From contig OZ024744.1 in assembly GCA_964016885.1 (NCBI GenBank), positions 129,828,001 to 129,892,000 on the forward strand: a stretch of DNA of 64,000 nt, written 5' to 3'. How positions within the stretch are numbered: the stretch's first letter is position 1; each line of letters opens with the position of its first letter. The notes under the pieces were generated by a model. That model did not search any database, was not told where the DNA came from, and saw only the letters and a list, made by a program, of their open reading frames with translations. This document shows positions 1-10,800 of this stretch, piece by piece. A program made the translations under genes and the position numbers. The DNA is from Eledone cirrhosa. Lineage: Eukaryota.

Positions 1-289
1 GGGGTTAATTTAAGTTGGGGTTAATTTAAGTTGGGTCTAATTAAGTTGGGGTTAAGTTAAGTTGGGGTTAAGTTAAGTTGGGGTTAAGTTAAGTTGGGGT
101 TAAGTTAAGTTGGGGTGAAGTTAAGTTGGGTTTACGTTAAGTTGGGGGTAAGTTAAGTTGGTGGTAAGTTAAGTTGGGGGATAGTTAAGATGGGGTTAAG
201 TTAAGTTGGGGTTAATTTAATTTGGGGTTAAGTTAAGTTAGGGTTAAGTTAAGTTGGGGTTGAGTTAAGTCGGGGTTAAGTTAAGTTGG

Positions 290-3200
290 GGTTATGTTAA
301 GTTGGGGTTAAGTTAAGTTGGGGTTAAGTTAAGTTGGGGTTAAGTTAGGTTGGGGTTAAGTTATGTTGGGGGTAAATTAAGTTGGGGGTAAGTTAAGTTG
401 GGGGTAAGTTAAGTTGAGTCTAATTAAGTTGGGGTTAAGTTAAGTTGGGGTTAAGTTAAGTTGGGGTTAAGTTAAGTTGGGGTTAAGTTAAGTTGGGGTT
501 AGGTTAAGTTGGGGCTAAGTTAAGTTGGGGTTAAGTTAAGTTGGGGTTACGTTAAGTTGGGGGTAAGTTAAGTTGGTGGTAAGTTAAGTTGGGGGTAAGT
601 TAAGATGGGGTTAAGTTAAGTTGGGGTTAATTTAATTTGGGGTTAAGTTAAGTTGGGGTTAAGTTAAGTTGGGGTTAAGTTAAGTTGGAGTTAAGTTAAG
701 TTGGGGGTAAGTTAAGTTGGGGTTAAGTTAAGTTGGGGTTAAGATAAGTTGGGGTTAAGTTAAGTTGGGGTTGAGCTAAGTTGGGGTTGAGTTAATTTGG
801 GGTTAAGTTAAGTTGGGGTTAAGTTAAGTTGGGTTTAAGTTAAGTTGGGGTTAAGTTAAGTTGGGGTTAAATTAAGTTGGGGTTAAGCTAAGTTGGAGTT
901 AAGTTAAATTGAGGTTAAGTTAAGTTGGGGTTAATTTAAGTTGGGGTTAAGCTAAGTTGGGGTTAAGTTAAATTGAGGTTAAGTTAAGTTGGGGTGAAGT
1001 TAAGTTGGGGTTAATTTAAGTTGGGGCTAAGTAAAGTTGGGGCTAAGTTAAGTGGGGGTTAAGTTAAGTTAGGGTTGAGTTAAGTTGGGGTTAAGTTAAC
1101 TTTGGGTTAAGTTAAGTTGGGTTTGAATTAAGTTGGGGTTAATTAAGTTGGGGTTAAGTTAAGTTGGGGTTAAGTTAAGTTGCGGTTAAGTTAAGTTGAG
1201 GTTAAGTTAAGTTGGGGTTAAGTGAAGTTGGGGTTAAGTTAAGTTGGGGCTAAGTTAAGTTGGGGCTAAGTTAAGTTGGGGCTTAGTTAAGTTGGGGTTA
1301 AGTTAAGTTGGGGTTAAGTTAAGGTGGGGTTTAGTTAAGTTGGGGTCAACTAAAGTTGGGGTTAAGTTAAGTTGGGGTTCACTTAAGTTGGGGTTAAGTT
1401 AAGTTGGGGTTAAGTTAGATTGTTGTTAAGTTAAGTTGGGGTTAAGTTAAGTTGGGGTTAATTTAAGTTGGGGTTAATTTAAGTTGGGTCTAATTAAGTT
1501 GGGGTTAAGTTAAGTTGGGGTTAAGTTAAGTTGGGGTTAAGTTAAGTTGGGGTTAAGTTAAGTTGGGGTGAAGTTAAGTTGGGTTTACGTTAAGTTGGGG
1601 GTAAGTTAAGTTGGTGGTAAGTTAAGTTGGGGGATAGTTAAGATGGGGTTAAGTTAAGTTGGGGTTAATTTAATTTGGGGTTAAGTTAAGTTAGGGTTAA
1701 GTTAAGTTGGGGTTGAGTTAAGTCGGGGTTCAGTTAAGTTGGGGTTATGTTATGTTGGGGTTAAGTTAAGTTGGGGTTAAGTTAAGTTGGGGTTCAATTA
1801 AGTTGCGGGTAATTTAAGTTGGGGTTAAGTTAAGTTGGGGGTACGTTAAGTTGGGGGTAAGTTAAGTTGGGGTTAAGTTAAGTTGGGGTTAAGTTAAGTC
1901 GGGGTTAATTTAAGTTGGGGTTAAGTTAAGTTGGGGTTAAGTTAAGTTGGGATTAAGTTAAGTTGGGGTTAAGTTAAGTTGGGGTTGAGTTAAGTTGGGG
2001 TTAAGTTAGATTGTTGTTATGTTATTTTGGGGTTAAGTTAAGTTGCGGTTAAGTTAAGTTGGGGTAAAGTTAAGTTGGGGTTAAGTTAAGTTGGGGTTAA
2101 GTTAAGTTGGGGTTAAGTTAAGTTGGGGTTAATTTAAGTTCGGGTTAAGTTAAGTTGGGGTTAATTTAAGTTGGGGTTAATTTAAGTTGGGGTCAAGTTA
2201 AGTTGGGGTTAAGTTAAGTTGGGGTAAAGTTAAGTTGGGGTTAAGTTAAGTTGGGGTTAAGTTAAGTTGGGGTTAAGTTGGGGTTAAGTTAAGTTAGGGT
2301 TAACTTAAGTTGGGGTTGTGTTAAGTGGTGGTTATGTTAAGTGGTGGTTATGTTAAGTTGGGGTTAAGTTAAGTTGGGGTTAAGTTAAATTGGGGTTAAG
2401 TTAAGTTGCGGTTAATTTAAGTTGGGGTTAAGTTAAGTTGGGGTTAAGTTAATTAGGGTTAAGTTAAGTTGGGGTTAAGTTAAGTTGGGGTTAAGTTAAG
2501 TTGGGGTTAAGTTAAGTTGGGATTAAGTTAAGTTGGGGTTAAGTTAAGTCGGGGTTAAGTTAAGTTAGGGTTAAGTTAAGTTGGGGTTAATTTAAGTTGG
2601 GGTTAAGTTAAGTTGAGGTTAAATTTAAGTAGGGGTTAAATTATGTTGGGGTTAAGTTAAGTTGGGGATAAGTTAAGTTGGGCATAAGTTAAGTTGGGGT
2701 TAATTAAGTTGGGTTTAAGTTAAGTTGGGGTTAAGTTAAGTTGGGGTTAAGTTAAGTTGGGGTTAAGTTAAGTTGGTTAGTTAAGTTGAGTTTAAGTTAA
2801 GTTGGGCTTAATTTAAGTTGGGGTTAAGTTGGGGTTAAGTTAAGTTGGGGTTAAGTTAAGTTGGGGTTAAGTTAAGTTGGGGTTCAGTTAAGTTGGGGTT
2901 AATTTAAGTTGGGGTTAAGTTGGGGTAAAGTTAAGTTGGGGTTAAGTTAAGTTGGGGTTAAGTTAAGTTGGGGTTAAGTTAAGTTGGGGTTAAGTTAAGT
3001 TGCGGTTAAGTTAAGTTGAGGTTAAGTTAAGTTGGGGTTAAGTTAAGTTGGGGTTAAGTTAAGTTGGGGCTAAGTTAAGTTGGGGCTAAGTTAAGTTGGG
3101 GCTAAGTTAAGTTGGGGTTAAGTTAACTTTGGGTTAAGTTAAGTTGGGTTTGAGTTAAGTTGGGGTTAATTAAGTTGGGGTTAAGTTAAGTTGGGGTTAA

Positions 3201-6200
3201 GTTAAGTTGGGGTTAAGTTAAGTTGGGGTTAAGTTAAGTTGCGGTTAAGTTAAGTTGATGTTAAGTTAAGTTGGGGTTAAGTTAAGTTGGGGTTAAGTTA
3301 AGTTGGGGCTAAGTTAAGTTGGGGCTTAGTTAAGTTGGGGCTAAGTTAAGTTGGGGTTAAGTTAAGGTGGGGTTCAGTTAAGTTGGGGTCAACTTAAGTT
3401 GGGGTTAAGTTAAGTTGGGGTTAAGTTAAGTTGGGGTTAAGTTAAGTTGGGGTTAAGTTAAGTTGGGGTTACGTTAAGTTGGGGGTAAGTTAAGTTGGTG
3501 GTAAGTTAAGTTGGGGGTAAGTTAAGATGGGGTTAAGTTAAGTTGGGGTTAATTTAAGTTGGGGTTAAGTTAAGTTGGGGTTAAGTTAAGTTGGGGTTAA
3601 GTTAAGTTGGGGTTAAGTTAAGTTGGGGTTAAATTAAGTTGGGGTTAAATTAAGTTGGGGTTAAGTTAAGTTGGGGTTATGTTAAGTTGGTGTTAAGTTA
3701 AGTTGGGGTTAAGTTAAGTTGGGGTTAAGTTAAGTTGGGGTTAAGTTAGGTTGGTGTTAAGTTAAGTTGGGGTTAAGTTAAGTTGGGGTTAAGTTATGTT
3801 GGGTTTAAATTAAGTTGGGGCTAAGTTAAGTTAGGGCTAAGTTAAGTTGGGGTTAAGTAAAGTTAGGGCTAAGTTAATTTGGGGTTAAGTTAAGTTGGGG
3901 TTAATTTAAGTTGGGGTTACATTAAGTTGAGGTTAAGTTAAGTTGGGGTTAAGTTAAGTTAGGGTTAATTTAAGTTGGGGTTATGTTAAGTTGGGGTTAA
4001 GTTAAGTTGGGGTTAAGTTAAGTTGGGGCTGAGTTAAGTTGGGGTTACGTTAAGTTGGGGTTAAGGTAAGTTGGGGTTAAGTTAAGTTGGGGTTAAGTTA
4101 AGTTGGGTTTAAGTTAAGTTGGGGTTAAGTTAAGTTGGGGTTAAATTAAGTTGGGGTTAATCTAAGTTGGGGTTTAGTTAAATTGAGGTTAAGTTAAGTT
4201 GGGGTTAATTTAAGTTGGGGTTAAGCTAAGTTGGGGTTAAGTTAAATTGAGGTTAAGTTAAGTTGGGGTTAAGTTAAGTTGGGGTTAATTTAAGTTGGGG
4301 CTAAGTAAAGTTGGGGCTAAGTTAAGTGGGGGTTAAGTTAAGTTAGGGTTGAGTTAAGTTGGGGTTAAGTTAACTTTGGGTTAAGTTAAGTTGGGTTTGA
4401 GTTAAGTTGGGGTTAATTAAGTTGGGGTTAAGTTAAGTTAGGGTTAAGTTAAGTTGGGGTTAAGTTAAGTTGGGGTTAAGTTAAGTTGCGGTTAAGTTAA
4501 GTTGAGGTTAAGTTAAGTTGGGGTTAAGTTAAGTTGGGGTTAAGTTAAGTGGGGCTAAGTTAAGTTGGGGCTAAGTTAAGTTGGGGCTTAGTTAAGTTGG
4601 GGTTAAGTTAAGTTGGGGTTAAGTTAAGGTGGGGTTTAGTTAAGTTGGGGTCAACTAAAGTTGGGGTTAAGTTAAGTTGGGGTTCACTTAAGTTGGGGTT
4701 AATCTAAGTTGGGTTAAGTTAAGTTGGGGTTTATTTAAGTTGGGGTTCAGTTAATTTGGGTTAAGTTAAGTTTGGGTTAAGTTGGGGTTAAATTAAGTTG
4801 GGGTTAAGTTAAGTTGGGGTTAAGTTACGTTGGGGTTAATTTAAGTTGGGGTTAAGTTAAGTTGCGGGTAATTTAAGTTGGGGTTAAGTTAAGTTGGGGT
4901 TAAGTTAAGTTGGGGTTAAGTTAAGTTGGGGGTAAGTTAAGTTGGGGGTAAGTTAAGTTGGGAGTAAGTTAAGTTGGGGTTAAGTTAAGTTGGGGTTAAG
5001 TTAAGTTGGGGTTAAGTTAAGTTAGGGTTAAGTTAAGTTGGGGTTGAGTTAAGTTGGGGTTAAGTTAAGTTGGGGTTATGTTAAGTTGGGGTTAAGTTTA
5101 ATTGGGGTTAATTTAACTTTGTGGTTAAGTTAAGTTGGGGTTAAGTTAAGTTGGGGTTAAGTTAAGTTGGGGTTAATTTAAGTTGCGGATAAGTTAAGTT
5201 GAGGTTAAGTTAAGTTGGGGTTAAGTTAAGTTGGGGTTAAGTTAAGTTGGGGCTAAGTTAAGTTGGGGCTAAGTTAAGTTGGGGCTTAGTTAAGTTGGGG
5301 TTAAGTTAAGTTGGGGTTAAGTTAAGGTGGGGTTTAGTTAAGTTGGGGTCAACTAAAGTTGGGGTTAAGTTAAGTTTGGGTTTATTTAAGTTGGGGTTCA
5401 GTTAATTTGGGGTTAAGTTAAGTTTGGGTTAAGTTGGGGTTAAATTAAGTTGGGGTTAAGTTAAGTTGGGGTTAATTTAAGTTGGGGTTAAGTTAAGTTG
5501 GGGTTAAGTTAAGTTGGGGTTAAGTTGAGTTGGGGTAAAGTTAAGTTGGGGTTAAGTTAAGTTGGGGGTAAGTTAAGTTGGTGTTAATTTAAGTTGGGGT
5601 TAAGTTAAGTTGGGGTTAAGTTAAGTTGGGGTTAAGTTGAGTTGGGGTAAAGTTAAGTTGGGGTTAAGTTAAGTTGGGGTTAATTTAAGTTGGGGTTAAG
5701 TTAAGTTGGGGTTAAGTTAAGTTGGGGTTAAGTTAAGTTGGGGTTAAGTTAAGTTGGGGGTAAGTTAAGTTGGGGTTAAGTTAAGTTGGGGTTAAGTTGG
5801 GGTTAAGTTAAGTTAGGGTTAACTTAAGTTGGGGTTAAGTTAAGTGGTGGTTATGTTAAGTGGTGGTTATGTTAACTTGGGGTTAAGTTAAGTTGGGGTT
5901 GAGTTAAATTGGGGTTAAGTTAAGTTGCGGTTAAGTTAAGTTGGGGTTAAGTTAAGTTGGGGTTAAGTTAATTAGGGTTAAGTTAAGTTGGGGTTAAGTT
6001 AAGTTGGGGTTAAGTTAAGTTGGGGTTAATTTAAGTTGGGGTTAAGTTAAGTCGGGGTTAAGTTGAGTTGGGGTTAGGTTAAGTTGGGGTTAAGTTAAGT
6101 TGGGGTTAAGTTAAGTTGGGGTTAAGATAAGTTGGGGTTAAGTTAAGTTGGGGTTGAGTTAAGTTGGGGTTGAGTTAATTTGGGGTTAACTTAAGTTGGG

Positions 6201-7885
6201 GTTAACTTAAGTCGGGATTAAGTTAAGTGGGGGTTAAGTTAAGTTGGGGTTAAATTAAGTTCGGGTTAAGTTAAGTTGGGGTTAAGTTAAGTTGGGGTTA
6301 AGTTAGGTTGGGGTTAAGTTAAGTTGGGGGTAAGTTAAGTTGGGGGTAAGTTAAGTCGGGGGTAATTTCAGTTGGGGTTAAGTTAAGTTGGGGTTGAGTT
6401 AAGTTGGGGCTAAGTTAAGTTGGGGTTATGTTAAGTTGGGGTTAATTTAAGTTGGGGTTAAGTTAAGTTGGGGTTCAATTAAGTTGCGGTTAATTTAAGT
6501 TGGGGTTAAGTTAAGTTGGGGTTAAGTTAAGTTGGGGTTAAGTTAAGTTGGGGTTAAATTAAGTTGGGGTTAAGTTAAGTTGGGGTTAAGTTAAGTTGGG
6601 GTTAAGTTAAGTTGGGGTTAAGTTAATTTGTGGTTAAGTTAAGTTGGGGTTAAGTTAAGTTGGGGTTAAGTTCAGTCGGGGTTAAGTTAAGTCGGGGTTA
6701 AGTTAAGTTGGGGTTGAGTTAAGTTGGGGTTAAGTTAAGTTGGGGTTAAGATAAGTTGGGGTTAAGTTAAGTTGGGGTTGAGTTAAGTTGGGGTTGAGTT
6801 AATTTGGGGTTAAGTTAAGTTGGAGTTAACTTAAGTTGGGTTTAAGTTAAGTTGGGGTTAAGTTAAGTTGGGGTTAAATTAAGTTGGGGTTAAGTTAAGT
6901 TGGGGGTAAGATAAGTTGGTGTTAGTTAAGTTGCGGTTAAGTTAAGTTGAGGTTAAGTTAAGTAGGGGTTAAATTATGTTGGGGTTAAGTTAAGTTCGGG
7001 TTAAGTTAAGTTGGGGTTAAGTTGAGTTGGGGATAAGTTAAGTTGGGGATAAATTAAGTTGGGGTTAAGTTAAGTTGGGTTTAAGTTAAGTTTGGGTTAA
7101 GTTAAGTTGGGGTTAAGTTAAGTTGGGGTTAAGTTAAGTTGGTTAGTTAAGTTGAGTTTAAGTTAAGTTGGGGTTAATTTAAGTTGGGGTTAAGTTAAGT
7201 TGGGGTTAAGTTAAGTTGGGGTTAAGTTAAGTTGGGGTTAAGTTAAGTTGCGGTTAAGTTAAGTTGAGGTTAAGTTAAGTTGGGGTTAAGTTAAGTTGGG
7301 GCTAAGTTAAGTTGGGGCTAAGTTAAGTTGGGGCTAAGTTAAGTTGGGGTTAAGTTAACTTTGGGTTAAGTTAATTTGGGTTTGAGTTAAGTTGGGGTTA
7401 ATTAAGTTGGGGTTAAGTTAAGTTGGGGTTAAGTTAAGTTGGGGTTAAGTTAAGTTGCGGTTAATTTAAGTTGATGTTAAGTTAAGTTGATGTTAAGTTA
7501 AGTTGGGGTTAAGTTAAGTCGGGGTTAAGTTAAGGTGGGGTTAAGTTAAGTTGGGGTCAACTAAAGTTGGGGTTAAGTTAAGTTGGGGTTAACTTAAGTT
7601 GGGGTTAAGTTAAGTTGGGGTTAAGTTGGGGTTAAATTAAGTTGGGGTTAAGTTAAGTTGGGGTTAAGTTAAATGGGGTTAAGTTAAGTTGCGGGTAATT
7701 TAAGTTGGGGTTAAGTTAAGTTGGGGTTAAGTTAAGTTGGGGGTAAGTTAAGTTGGGGGTAAGTTAAGTTGGGGGTAAGTTAAGTTGGGGTTAAGTTAAG
7801 TTGGGGTTAAGTTAAGTTGGGGTTAAGTTAAGTTAGGGTTAAGTTAAGTTGGGGTTGAATTAAGTTGGGGTTAAGTTAAGTTGGG
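290..7885 (+). repeat. ~7.6-kb higher-order repeat, copy A
   Basis: Diagnostic variants recur at +7595 to +7600: GAGTCTAATT 416/8011, TTAGATTGTTGTTATGTTATTTT 2006/9601, TGGTGGTTATG 2326/9921, TTACATTAAG 3917/11517. Confidence 0.9.
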
Positions 7886-10800
7886 GTTATGTTAAGTTGG
7901 GGTTAAGTTAAGTTGGGGTTAAGTTAAGTTGGGGTTAAGTTAGGTTGGGGTTAAGTTATGTTGGGGGTAAATTAAGTTGGGGGTAAGTTAAGTTGGGGGT
8001 AAGTTAAGTTGAGTCTAATTAAGTTGGGGTTAAGTTAAGTTGGGGTTAAGTTAAGTTGGGGTTAAGTTAAGTTGGGGTTAAGTTAAGTTGGGGTTAGGTT
8101 AAGTTGGGGCTAAGTTAAGTTGGGGTTAAGTTAAGTTGGGGTTACGTTAAGTTGGGGGTAAGTTAAGTTGGTGGTAAGTTAAGTTGGGGGTAAGTTAAGA
8201 TGGGGTTAAGTTAAGTTGGGGTTAATTTAATTTGGGGTTAAGTTAAGTTGGGGTTAAGTTAAGTTGGGGTTAAGTTAAGTTGGAGTTAAGTTAAGTTGGG
8301 GGTAAGTTAAGTTGGGGTTAAGTTAAGTTGGGGTTAAGATAAGTTGGGGTTAAGTTAAGTTGGGGTTGAGCTAAGTTGGGGTTGAGTTAATTTGGGTTTA
8401 AGTTAAGTTGGGGTTAAGTTAAGTTGGGTTTAAGTTAAGTTGGGGTTAAGTTAAGTTGGGGTTAAATTAAGTTGGGGTTAAGCTAAGTTGGAGTTAAGTT
8501 AAATTGAGGTTAAGTTAAGTTGGGGTTAATTTAAGTTGGGGTTAAGCTAAGTTGGGGTTAAGTTAAATTGAGGTTAAGTTAAGTTGGGGTGAAGTTAAGT
8601 TGGGGTTAATTTAAGTTGGGGCTAAGTAAAGTTGGGGCTAAGTTAAGTGGGGGTTAAGTTAAGTTAGGGTTGAGTTAAGTTGGGGTTAAGTTAACTTTGG
8701 GTTAAGTTAAGTTGGGTTTGAATTAAGTTGGGGTTAATTAAGTTGGGGTTAAGTTAAGTTGGGGTTAAGTTAAGTTGCGGTTAAGTTAAGTTGAGGTTAA
8801 GTTAAGTTGGGGTTAAGTGAAGTTGGGGTTAAGTTAAGTTGGGGCTAAGTTAAGTTGGGGCTAAGTTAAGTTGGGGCTTAGTTAAGTTGGGGTTAAGTTA
8901 AGTTGGGGTTAAGTTAAGGTGGGGTTTAGTTAAGTTGGGGTCAACTAAAGTTGGGGTTAAGTTAAGTTGGGGTTCACTTAAGTTGGGGTTAAGTTAAGTT
9001 GGGGTTAAGTTAGATTGTTGTTAAGTTAAGTTGGGGTTAAGTTAAGTTGGGGTTAATTTAAGTTGGGGTTAATTTAAGTTGGGTCTAATTAAGTTGGGGT
9101 TAAGTTAAGTTGGGGTTAAGTTAAGTTGGGGTTAAGTTAAGTTGGGGTTAAGTTAAGTTGGGGTGAAGTTAAGTTGGGTTTACGTTAAGTTGGGGGTAAG
9201 TTAAGTTGGTGGTAAGTTAAGTTGGGGGATAGTTAAGATGGGGTTAAGTTAAGTTGGGGTTAATTTAATTTGGGGTTAAGTTAAGTTAGGGTTAAGTTAA
9301 GTTGGGGTTGAGTTAAGTCGGGGTTCAGTTAAGTTGGGGTTATGTTATGTTGGGGTTAAGTTAAGTTGGGGTTAAGTTAAGTTGGGGTTCAATTAAGTTG
9401 CGGGTAATTTAAGTTGGGGTTAAGTTAAGTTGGGGGTACGTTAAGTTGGGGGTAAGTTAAGTTGGGGTTAAGTTAAGTTGGGGTTAAGTTAAGTCGGGGT
9501 TAATTTAAGTTGGGGTTAAGTTAAGTTGGGGTTAAGTTAAGTTGGGATTAAGTTAAGTTGGGGTTAAGTTAAGTTGGGGTTGAGTTAAGTTGGGGTTAAG
9601 TTAGATTGTTGTTATGTTATTTTGGGGTTAAGTTAAGTTGCGGTTAAGTTAAGTTGGGGTAAAGTTAAGTTGGGGTTAAGTTAAGTTGGGGTTAAGTTAA
9701 GTTGGGGTTAAGTTAAGTTGGGGTTAATTTAAGTTCGGGTTAAGTTAAGTTGGGGTTAATTTAAGTTGGGGTTAATTTAAGTTGGGGTCAAGTTAAGTTG
9801 GGGTTAAGTTAAGTTGGGGTAAAGTTAAGTTGGGGTTAAGTTAAGTTGGGGTTAAGTTAAGCTGGGGTTAAGTTGGGGTTAAGTTAAGTTAGGGTTAACT
9901 TAAGTTGGGGTTGTGTTAAGTGGTGGTTATGTTAAGTGGTGGTTATGTTAAGTTGGGGTTAAGTTAAGTTGGGGTTAAGTTAAATTGGGGTTAAGTTAAG
10001 TTGCGGTTAATTTAAGTTGGGGTTAAGTTAAGTTGGGGTTAAGTTAATTAGGGTTAAGTTAAGTTGGGGTTAAGTTAAGTTGGGGTTAAGTTAAGTTGGG
10101 GTTAAGTTAAGTTGGGATTAAGTTAAGTTGGGGTTAAGTTAAGTCGGGGTTAAGTTAAGTTAGGGTTAAGTTAAGTTGGGGTTAATTTAAGTTGGGGTTA
10201 AGTTAAGTTGAGGTTAAATTTAAGTAGGGGTTAAATTATGTTGGGGTTAAGTTAAGTTGGGGATAAGTTAAGTTGGGCATAAGTTAAGTTGGGGTTAATT
10301 AAGTTGGGTTTAAGTTAAGTTGGGGTTAAGTTAAGTTGGGGTTAAGTTAAGTTGGGGTTAAGTTAAGTTGGTTAGTTAAGTTGAGTTTAAGTTAAGTTGG
10401 GCTTAATTTAAGTTGGGGTTAAGTTAAGTTGGGGTTAAGTTAAGTTGGGGTTAAGTTAAGTTGGGGTTAAGTTAAGTTGGGGTTCAGTTAAGTTGGGGTT
10501 AATTTAAGTTGGGGTTAAGTTGGGGTAAAGTTAAGTTGGGGTTAAGTTAAGTTGGGGTTAAGTTAAGTTGGGGTTAAGTTAAGTTGGGGTTAAGTTAAGT
10601 TGCGGTTAAGTTAAGTTGAGGTTAAGTTAAGTTGGGGTTAAGTTAAGTTGGGGTTAAGTTAAGTTGGGGCTAAGTTAAGTTGGGGCTAAGTTAAGTTGGG
10701 GCTAAGTTAAGTTGGGGTTAAGTTAACTTTGGGTTAAGTTAAGTTGGGTTTGAGTTAAGTTGGGGTTAATTAAGTTGGGGTTAAGTTAAGTTGGGGTTAA

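Noticed and set aside
238-243. Scattered TTAGGG hexamers as vertebrate-type interstitial telomere sequence
   Set aside because: They are isolated single G>A variants of TTGGGG and never occur in tandem.
2006-2030. TTAGATTGTTGTTATGTTATTTT as an inserted foreign sequence
   Set aside because: It keeps the 16-bp phase and aligns to two consecutive heavily substituted monomers.
2302-2311. Perfect palindrome AACTTAAGTT as an operator or hairpin
   Set aside because: It arises automatically from one G>C change in the near-palindromic TTAAGTTAA loop, and there is no context supporting a function.
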